Assembly: GCF_964213995.1 (NCBI RefSeq) | Contig: NC_135823.1 | Coordinates: 310,001 to 374,000 of the forward strand | DNA: 64,000 nucleotides | DNA from: Mustelus asterias | Taxonomy: Eukaryota | Direction: 5' to 3' | Shown: piece after piece, positions 39,490 to 50,305 of the stretch | How positions within the stretch are numbered: position 1 is the first letter of the stretch | Layout: each line of letters begins with the position of its first letter | Made by a program: the position numbers and the translations under genes | Notes under the pieces: model-generated | The model's database searches: none | The model's input: only the letters and a program-made list of their open reading frames with translations | Told to the model about the DNA's origin: nothing

Positions 39490-39790
39490 GTAACTGGATA
39501 TCACTTGGCCACTGGATCTGCGGTCGGGTTTGACTCCCGGTTTGTGTCACTGCCTGTGCAGAGTTTGTATGTTTTCCTCGTGCGCCCGTTTGCTCCGGGA
39601 GCTCCGGTTTCTTCCCACAGTCCAAAAGACGTGCTGGTTAGGTGCATGGGACATGCTAAATTCTCCCTCAGTGTACCCGAACAGGCGTTGGAGTGTGACA
39701 ACTAGGGGATTTTCAAATAATTTCATTGCAGTGTTAATACAAGCCGACTTGTGACGAATAAACAATCAACTTAAATAAATGAATAAACTA
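39490..39790 (+). mobile_element. HE1-like V-SINE
   Basis: Core and tail. Confidence 0.75.
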
Positions 39791-40144
39791 ATGACATTCC
39801 AGTTAAAGTATTTGCATCATCATTGGGTTTCCGCCTGCTTTGTGTCAGAACCCAGGAGTGGTGGGAAAGGCAGTTCCGGTGAATCCTGACAACTCTTACG
39901 CCCGTCGCGAATCCCTTGTTTCCACCGACGCCCCATTCACCAGCGCAGCGGGATTCCCGCCGGTCGTCTGAAGATGTCAGAGAGTCGCCCCCTACTGCTC
40001 AGGCAGAGAAATCCACCAGTCACATAATCGCACAGGGTTCATATTGGTAATTGAAACGGATTTCAGTTCCACTCAGATTATGTTTAAGTGTAACAATTAT
40101 TGGTCAATGGAAACATTTGGTGCAGTGTTAGAATCGAAGAATGA

Positions 40145-40150
40145 TTTATT
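40145..40150 (-). terminator. Candidate polyadenylation signal AATAAA of the VJ-C1 gene
   Basis: tttatt on the plus strand, about 340 nt downstream of the stop codon in non-repeat sequence. Confidence 0.45.
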
Positions 40151-40490
40151 TTGTTTACATAAAGGAATTTTAAAACAAATAACAATCCCGTCATTAACTG
40201 GAGTTACAGAATCCGGATTGAAGGCTGAGGAAAAAAACAAGGAAGTCCCCAGTGTGTCATTTCACACTTGAATGACCTTACTATTGTAGAATATCTTTCA
40301 CAATGCTGAAGAAAACTCGCTACACATTTGATAAAATGAGCCAGTCTTTCTAATCTGCGGCCAGTCTGCGGGAAAAGTTTAGCTGTTTGACGGGATTGTA
40401 CTTGCTCCCATGTTGATTTCCACAGAGCAGAGCATACATTGGTAAATCCAGTCTCCTGCGTCATACATCACAGACAAAATTCCCCGATTC

Positions 40491-40568
40491 TCATTTCCGG
40501 TTCTTCATTTTTGACCTTTTTTCCAATGCAGCCAAGTCCAGGGAGGCGTAGAGAGGTCCACCCTGAGA
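40491..40568 (-). CDS. Exon 8: terminal coding exon SQGGPLYASLDLAALEKRSKMKNRK* with an ITIM-like Tyr motif
   Basis: Acceptor atatttcccag, phase 0; YxxL motif; TGA stop. Confidence 0.8.
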   Translation of the reverse strand, partial: SQGGPLYASLDLAALEKRSKMKNRK

Positions 40569-43500
40569 CTGGGAAATATGTTCAACAGAAATGATCGAAA
40601 TGATTAAAATAATGGGCTTTTACCCCAAATTAATTCCAATGCATTTTATTATAATGGTTTCAATGCACTCACCTGTATTCCACGCTGCGTTTTCAAGTTT
40701 ATGTCTGTTTGACGGTGATCCCCTATGGGTTAAGCATTAAACTATGAATTTAAATATCACCCAACCTATACAATCTATAATTACATAAAGACATCGTGTA
40801 CCGATATGCCAAAAATGTAAAGTTTATTTAACAGTGTCACAAATGGACTTACTTGCAAAGAAGTTACTGTCTAAATCCTCTCGTCGTCATGCTCTGGCGC
40901 CTGTTCAGCCACACTGAGGGAGAATTTAACATCACCAACGCACCTAACCAGCACATCTTTCGGACTGTGGGGGGAAACTGGAGCATCCGGAGGAAACGCA
41001 TGCAGACAGTGACCCAAGCTGGGAGTCGACCACGGATTCTTCACGCTGTGAGGCAGCTGTGCGAACCACTGTGCCGCCCCAATATGTTCACAGGCCACAA
41101 TCATTAACACACAGCCACTTAAATTTTGCCAACACGGCAGATCTGCCACAACGTTTCATTGTCAGTTAGACATAGCTCTGGAGACGAAGCGGATCAAAGG
41201 ATCAAACGGGGGAAGCCGTGGTCAGGCTATTCAGTTGGGTGATCAGCCAGGACCATAGTGAATGGCGGAGCAGAATCAAAGGACAGGATGGCATCATCCT
41301 GCTCCTATTTTGTTTGTGTCTATGTTATGTGGCAAATGCTTGATTGAGGAAAATCTCACACCAGTACTTGTCACTGACTGTCCACCTGGTATACCACTAC
41401 CTGTATTAATATCAACAATTTTCCCTTTATTGAAACCAACAGATACATCAATGACTGTTGAACTTGCTGAAGGTCAGAAACACACATTGTATACGGATAT
41501 AGTAAGCACACACATTGAGGCGAATTCAATGAAACAACGCAGGGGACAGCCATTCCCTGGTTCATTCTTCGGGCCAATGCCCTGGCCAATCAGTCAAACG
41601 ACCTCTTTTTAATTTTTCAGCAAGTAGTAAATAAGACAAGTGATTTGTTGGTCTTCATAGCGACAGGACTTGAGTATAGGAATGGGATATTTTATTGGAA
41701 TTGTATGGGGCGTTCGTGAGAAATATTGTGTACAGTCTTGTTATTCTTATCTGAGGAACGATCTACCTGTTATACAGGGAGTACAGCGAACGCTTACCAG
41801 CTGATTCCTGGATGGCAGGGCTGTTATATGAGGAGAGACTAAGTCGGTTAGGATTGTATTCACTGGAGTTGAGAAGAGTGAAAGGGGGATTCCAAAGGAA
41901 CGTATAAGGTTTTGACAGGATTCGATAAGATAGATTGAGAAAGAATGTTCCCAATGGTGAAGGAGTCCAGAAAAAGGGATCATAGATTGAGGATAAAGGG
42001 GAAACGTTTTCGAACTGAGGTGAGGAGAAACGCCTTCTCCCAGAGGTTGGTGAATGTGTGGAATTCGCTACCACAGAAAGTAGTTGAGGCCAAAACGTTA
42101 TGTGATTTCAAGAAGAATTTAGATGTAGCTCTTGGGGCTAAATGGATTAAAGGATGTGGGGTGGGGGGCAGGGGGTGGGGGGGAATGGGGAGGGGGGTGG
42201 GGGAGGGGGATCAGGATATTGAATTTGATGATCAGCCGTGATCATAATGAATAGCAGAGCAGGTTCGAAGGACCGAATGGCGTACTCCTTCTCGTTTCTA
42301 TGTTAACAAATGTAGGCAGATAACGGGCAATCATCAGTTAACTGCAGCATTCTCCATAAAAAGGCTGCAACCAATCAGAGTCCTTTTGCTAAACAGGGAA
42401 ATAGTGTCTCAGGAAGAATGCACAATTGTTCCCCTTACATCTGTTATTCTCGTGTTTTTTTGCTGATGAACACAAGGTCAAAAGCCTGGATGATATGTTT
42501 TTTTCAGCAAAACTCAAGTAGTGCAGTTATTCAAATTTTCTTTCAAACAAGTCTCAGCAGTTAACTGTCAGCACCAATGCACTGGCACGTTCTCCATAGG
42601 AACGCGTATGCCAATTAACTTCCACTTCAATTCTTTCATTCGGATCCTTAATCTCCGCTAACATTTCAAAGAAACCTACCCGTGTGTCGCTCCTTACGTC
42701 CCTCGTGCTGCCTTCTCTCGTTCAAGCTAAAATTGGATGTGGGAAAAGAACACCAAACAAATGTTAGATCTTGGATATTCTATCTCAGGTGCTGCAACTT
42801 GTTGAAAATAGGATTGTCTCGTGATCTTACAGAAATCATAGAAAATAGAGACTCACACCGCTGGAATCAGTTTGCAAATTGAAACTGGTTTGACAAAATG
42901 TAAAACAGAGAAAGATGGACGATGGTGAACTTTGCACATGGTTCTACTCACGTTTCATTGTGGGATCCCCTGTCTCTGTCTTCTAAAATAGAAGAACATA
43001 TGATTAGCTAATTAAAAACTACAAAGAGGAAATCGTATTGGAGAAACAGTTATTAAAATTTTCCAGATAATTATGAATCCTCACCTGATGTGTCATTTTT
43101 ACAACTCCAAATGGAAATAAGGACCAACAGTAGAATCAGTATGACCAGGACAGAAATTCCAACATAAATCGTCTGTCTGCACCATTCTATAGAGAAAAAA
43201 CACTTAGAAACTGCATCGGTCAAATCATTCCTTTCCGCGGTTCACTGAAGGGAAACGTGACCCAGTTAAAAAGGTGGAGTCACCAAAGCGGTGGGTAAAT
43301 GTGGAAACTAAAACACAGTTAGTGGAATGGATAGTGGAGAATGAACACACAGAATGGAATTGATGGCAAAATATTTGCTAGTGGATATCAACTAATTAAC
43401 AACACTATCAGAGTTGCCAATATTCACAGTGTATCAGAATGTATAATACCATACGACCATAAGATATAGGAGCAGAATTAGGCCACTCGGCTAATCGAGT

Positions 43501-46500
43501 CTGCTCCGCCATTCAATCATGGCTGATATTTTTCTCATCTCCATTCTCCTGCCTTTTCCCCATAACCCCTAATCCCTTATGAATCAAGAACCAATCTGCC
43601 TCTGTTCCAAAGAGATTCAATGACCTGCCCTTCACAGCCCACTACGTCAAAGATTCACCACTCTGTGGCTAAAGAAATTGCTCCTCATCTCTGTTTTAAA
43701 GGATCGCCCCTTTAGCCTGAGGTTGTGCAACCTGATTCTAGTTTTTCCTACTCGTGGAAACATCCTCTCCACGTCCACTCTATCCAGGCCTCGCAGTATC
43801 CTCTAAGGTTTAATAAGATCCCCCCTCATCCTTCGAGACTCCAACGAGAACAGACCCAGAGTCCTCAACTGTTCCTCCTACGACAAGTTATTCATTCCAG
43901 GGATCATTCTTGTGAACCTACTCTGGACCCTTTCCAAGTCCAACACTTCTTTCCTTAGACACGATGAAAGCATCATAGAAAATTATTATTTGTGAACAGA
44001 GTCATAGAAGGATAATGCCCAGAAGGAATCTCGTCGACCCATCCTTCCAATGTTGTCTCTTTGATTGTCCTAACTCCAACTCCTCGTTTCACCCATGGTC
44101 CTGGAAACGAATCCCCGTCAAGTATTTGCTCCGTTCTCCTATTGGAAATTCCTATTGAATCTGTGCACTCCGTCTTTTCCAGATCCTCCTTCCAGATCCC
44201 AAAACGCCATTGTGTCTAAAAAAATCATCAGAGCATTGAGTACAGGAGTTGAGACGTAATGTTACAACTGTACGAGACATCAGGAAGGCCACATCTGGAG
44301 TACTGCGTATAATTCTGGTCGCCCTGCCATAGGAAGGATGCTATTAAACTGGGAACGGTGCACAAAAAGATTTACAATGATGTTACCGGGACTGGAAGGT
44401 TTGAATTATAAGCAGAGGCTGGATAGGCTGGGACCTTTTTTCCTGAGCGTAGGACGATGAGGAGTGAACTTAGAGAAATGTATAAAATCATGAGATGCAT
44501 CAATGAGGTGAGTAGCCGATGTCTTTTCCTCAGGGTAGGGGTGTCCAAAGCTAGAGGGGATAGATTTAAAGTGAGAGGGGAAAGATTGGAAAGGGACGTG
44601 AGGGACAAGTTTTTCCACACAGAGGGTGGTGCATATTCGGAATGAGCTGCCAGAGGTGGTGGTAGAGGCGGGAAGAATTACAACATTTAAAAGACATTTG
44701 AACAGGTACACTGATGGGAAATTATTAGACGAATATGGGTCAAACGCTGGCAAATGGGAGTAGTTCAGATTAGGAAGCCTGGTCGACATAGATTGGATGG
44801 GCAGAAGGGCCTGTTTCGGTGCTGTATATCTCTACGACTCGATGTCTCCCTCTCGCTCTTTGTACCAAGCCTCTTCAGTCTGCGTCCCCCTGGTTACTGA
44901 CCCTACTGTCGACACATACCGAACCTACTATCAGTGGAAGATATTCTCATTTTTTTTACTAATCAAATGCTCTCCTGTTTGGAACTTCGATTACATGTCT
45001 TAACCTTGATTGCTCGAAGGAGTACAAGCCCAGCTCTTCCTCTCTCTCCACTTTAACTGAATTCACTCATTCCCAGCACCATCCTGGTAATTCTGCTTTG
45101 TGTCACCTCTAAGCGTTTGATATTCTTCCCAAAATATGGTGCTCGCAACTGAAGACAATGCTATTAACGTGGCTAACCAGTGATTCGAATATATTTAAAT
45201 TAACGTCCGAGCTTGATTTCTCAATTTTAAAATTTCAGGATAAATGTTTATGCCTTCAGCAGCCTCCTGAGTTTATCCTTCCATCGACCAAGATTTATGG
45301 AATCTCAGAATGATTGCAGCACACACGGAAACCATTTAGCTGATGCTGGAAAGACGGAGGCAAAGGGGCGAGCTGATAGAAGAAGTTTATAAAATTATGA
45401 GAACCATTGATAAGGTGAAGAGTTAGAAGCCTTTTCCCAAGGACAGGAATGACAATTACAAGGGGGCACAAGTTCAAAGTAAGGGGGAAATGTTTAGTGG
45501 AGATATGCGGGGTGGCGAGGCCCTGGAATGTACTGCCATGTGAGGTGGTTGAGGCAGACACGTCAGCGACATTTAAGACTTATTTGGATAGACACATGAA
45601 CGGGGGTGGTGCGACGCGGGTGGGGGGTGGAGGGCGGGCAGTGGGTGGGGGTGGAGGGATACAGGCGGTTGGTCTAGATAGGACAACGTGATCGGTACAT
45701 GTTGGTGGGCCGAAGGGCCTGTTCCTGTGCTGCACTGTTCTTTATCTTTGTTGTTTGGTATCTGCACGACAGTTCTCCAAGAACAACTAAGTCACATTCC
45801 TCGAATATTCCCCTCGACCTTGCTTTTTTTTACTCATTCCATTGAATTCTCCAATTCGCTGCGGGCAGCCTCGAGTGATTGGGCCTCCAGTGCAGTTCCA
45901 GATACTGCATTTCAGATCCTCACTATTCGCTGTACATTAAATGGCAGAATGACAAAAAAATGAAGTGGAAGTTAATTGGTGGAGGCGTTGCCATGGGCAC
46001 CAGTGGAAATGGTTGGGAGTTTTAGGTTTCGAGGTGTTCACATTACCAACAACCTGCCTTGGTCCCTCCACGCCGATGCTATCGTTAAGAAAGCCCACCA
46101 ATGCCTTTACTTTCTCAGCGGTTTAAGGAAATTCGGAATGTCCGTTACGCCTCTCACCAATTTTCACAGATGCAGTATAGAAAGCATCCTTTGGGGAGGT
46201 ATCACAGCATGGTATGACTCCTTCTCTGTCCAAGGCCACAAGAATCTACAATGGGTTGTGAACGAAGCCCAATCCCATCACGCAAACCAGCCTCCCACCC
46301 ATTGACTCCATCTACACTTCCCACTGCCTTGGAAAAGCGACCACCATAACCAAGGACCCCATGCACCCCGGACATTCTCTCTTCCACCTTCTTCGTCGGG
46401 AAAAAATATATAAAAGTCTGCGGTCACGTATCAATCGACTCAAGAACAGCTTCTTCCCTGCTGCCATCAGACTTTTGAATGGAATTGCTATATTTTCAGT

Positions 46501-49500
46501 TGATCTTTCTCGACAGGTTAGGTATGACTGTAGCTCGAGGTTCTACACACTCTCGTTTCCTTTTCCCCATGTACTCTATAAATGGTGCGCTTTGTATAGC
46601 ACGCAAGATACAATACTTTTCACTGTATCCCAATACATGTGACAATAATAAATCAAATCTATATGGTCTATGAACGGTATGCTTTGTCTTTATAGAGTGC
46701 AAGATACAATACTTTTCACTGTATCCCAATACATGTGACAATAATAAATCAAATCTATATGGTCTATGAACGGTATGCTTTGTCTTTATAGAGTGCAAGA
46801 TACAATACTTTTCACTGTATCCCAATACATGTGACAATAATAAATCAAATCAAATCTACGTACTCTATGAACGGAATGCTTTGTCTGTATAGCGCGCAAC
46901 AAACAATACTTTTCAATTTATCCCAATACATGTCACAATAATAAATGCATTCAAATCCATGTACTCGATGGATGGTATGCTTCGTCTGTATAGCGCGCAA
47001 GAAACAATACTTTTCACGGTATCCCAATACATGTGACAATAATAAATCAAATCAAATCTATGTACTCTATAAACGGTATGCTTTGTCTGTATAGTGCGCA
47101 AGAATCAATACTTTCCACATTAGCCCAATATATGTGACAATAATAAATCAAATCAAGTCAAATCAAATTGATGGGGACTGACATTTAACTGTCATTAATG
47201 CCGCCATTGTTTCTTTTGCCAATCTATTTAAATTCTCGGCCCTCTCCGCCTTTGTGAATCGTTTCATCTTCGCTGCTCTGTCCAGACTATTCAGGATTTT
47301 CACCACATTTCTCACATCTCCTCTTCACCTTCAGCTATTTCAGGAAACCAGCCCTCGCTTGTCAACGCTGTCCAGTTGACTGAAGTTCCTCATCTTTATG
47401 AACATTTCGTGAATATTCCTTACTGCACTTTCTTCATATTTCTCCTAAATTGTGGTGCTATTAACAGAACACAGTTAAGACCGAATCAGAATTCTGCAAA
47501 ATTTTGCTATTGATTTGATGTATCATTATTGTCACATCTATTGGTATGGAGTGAAACGTATTGTTTCTTGTGCACTATACAACAACACTTACATTTCACA
47601 GCATACACAGATTTGATTTGATTTGGTTTGACTTATTCTTGTCACACCTATTGGGATACAGTGAAAAACATTCCCTCTTGCGCGCTAAACAGACAAAACA
47701 TACCGTTCACAGAGTACATAGGGGAGAAATCAATGAGAGGATGCAGAATATATTGTCACCTTCATAGCGAGGGAGTAGAGGAAGATCAGCTTGATATAAG
47801 GTAAAAGCAAAATACTGCGGATGCTGGAATCTGAAAGAAAAACAGAAAATACTGGAAAATCTCAGCAGGTCTGACAGCGTCTGAGGGGAAACACTGTAAG
47901 AAGTTTAACCCCAGTTTACCCCAATCCAACGCCGGCATCTGCACATCAGCGTCTGAGGGGACAGAACAGAAACAAAGTTTCGAGTCTATTTGACTTTTCG
48001 TCAGAGCTTTGAAGAAGGGTCATCTAGACTCGAAGTGTTGGCTCAATTCTCTCCCCACAGATGCTGTCAGACCTTTTGAGATTTTCCAGCATTTTTTGGT
48101 TTGGCATAAGGTATGTCCATTCAAAAGTCTGATGGCAGCAAGAAAGAAAAAACTGTTCTTGAGTCGGTTGGTACGTGATCTCAAACTTTTGTATCTTTTT
48201 CCCGACGAAAGAAGGTGGAAGAGATAATGTCCTGCGTAAGTGGGGTCCTCGATTATGCTGGCAGCGTTTCTAAGGCAGCGAGAAGTGTAGACTTGCTTCA
48301 CTCCTTTTCGATTCTGTGACTCGATTTCGAAATCTCTGGATCTTCTATGCTTTCCTAACCGCCTGTCATCTCCAATGATTTCCAGGTGGCAGCATGGTGG
48401 TAGTACTGCTGCCTCACAGCGCCAGGGAGCCACGTTCGATTCCCGCCTTGGGTGCCTGTCTGTGTGGCGTTAGCACATTTCCCCCCTCTCTACATGTCTT
48501 TCCTTCGTGTGCTCCCCTTTCCCCCGCAGTCAAAAGATGGGCAGGTTAGTTAGATTGGCCATGCTAAATTGCCCCTCAGTGTCCATCAATGTGTGGTTTA
48601 TTTGAATTGGCCAAGCTAAATTGCCCCTTAGTGTGCAGCAATTTGCGGTTTAGATGGATTGGCCATGCTAAATTGCTCCTTAGTTGTCCAGAATGCGAAT
48701 GTTTGGTGGATTTGTCATGCGAAACTGCCTCTTAGTGTCCCAAGTTGTGTAGGTTAGGGGGATTCGCGGGTAAAAACGTGGGGTACGGGGATCGGGCCTG
48801 GGTAAGATGAGAGTCGGTGAAGACTTGATGAAATAAATGTCCTCCTTCTGCACTATAGGATTGTATGATTTGTATAGATTCACGGCGAGGCAATTATTTA
48901 CCGTGCGACGGATGAGTTGGAATCGTTTCCAACAATCCAAGTTCAATATTTGCTCGTAATTCATATAAAAGAGAAGCATTGGGGGAGACGTAGTCCATTC
49001 AGCCCATCGAGTTAATTTCCATATGATCATGGCTAATTAATAATGATGTATAAAGTTACTGACATCAGGATGCAAAATTTAAATGAAACTTATGTATGAG
49101 GAGGTAGGTATAGATTGATCAATAGGCTTCCTGGAGCAACGTGAAGTAATTTATTAACCGCAAAGATGTCAATTTCACCTCTTGTCTATTGTCTGTTTGT
49201 AAGTTACCTGCAGTTGAGAACTGATCTCACCCCATTCCGAGATTCATTTCCCGAAAAGGAAGGTGGGAGCAAATAATAACCTTTAAAAGGGACATCACAT
49301 CTTGACATGAAGGAGAAAACTTGAAAGGGCTATGGGTAAAATGGTGGGCAGAATAGCACAGCTCTTTCGAAGAGAGAGTCTCGGCATAATGAGCTGAATG
49401 AGATCGTTCTGGGTGCATTGCTCAAAGATCTTACATGTTTTCAGAAATATAAAGTGAAACGGGGAAGTGTGTATCAAAGACGAATACATTTTTGGCAGGT

Positions 49501-50242
49501 GCAATTCTAATGCAGTCTGACATATTTTAACAATTGAACGCACACCCACGCTCTGATAAATATCTATCTATCTCACACATACGCTCAGATATTTATCTAC
49601 ACACGCACATGGAGANNNNNNNNNNNNNNNNNNNNNNNNNNNNNNNNNNNNNNNNNNNNNNNNNNNNNNNNNNNNNNNNNNNNNNNNNNNNNNNNNNNNN
49701 NNNNNNNNNNNNNNNNNNNNNNNNNNNNNNNNNNNNNNNNNNNNNNNNNNNNNNNNNNNNNNNNNNNNNNNNNNNNNNNNNNNNNNNNNNNNNNNNNNNN
49801 NNNNNNNNCGCTCAGGTATATAACATTATTAACTCACGCTCAGATATTTATCTATATACACACACACTCAGCTATAAAACTATATACACACAAGCTCAGA
49901 TACATAACTATATACACAGACGCTCAGAGTTATACTTATGCACACACACGTCTAAGTCTGAGATCACCACCGACCTATTCAAGAACAGCTTCTTCCCTGC
50001 TGCCATCGGGCTTTTGAATGAATCTTCCTCATATTAAGCTGATCTTTCTCGACACGCTAACTATGACTGTAACACTACATTCTGCACCCTCTCCTTTCAT
50101 TCTCCCCTGCGGACTCTATGAACGGCATGCTTTGTCTGCATAGCGCACAAGAAACAATACTTTTCAGTATCTCCTATGTGACAATAATAAATCAAATGAA
50201 ATCAAACGAACACGCGATCAGATATATATCTGCACAAACACA

Positions 50243-50305
<63 letters not shown>

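Noticed and set aside
46600-47170. Regularly spaced repeats superficially like a CRISPR array
   Set aside because: The DNA is eukaryotic, and whole units repeat with no unique spacers.
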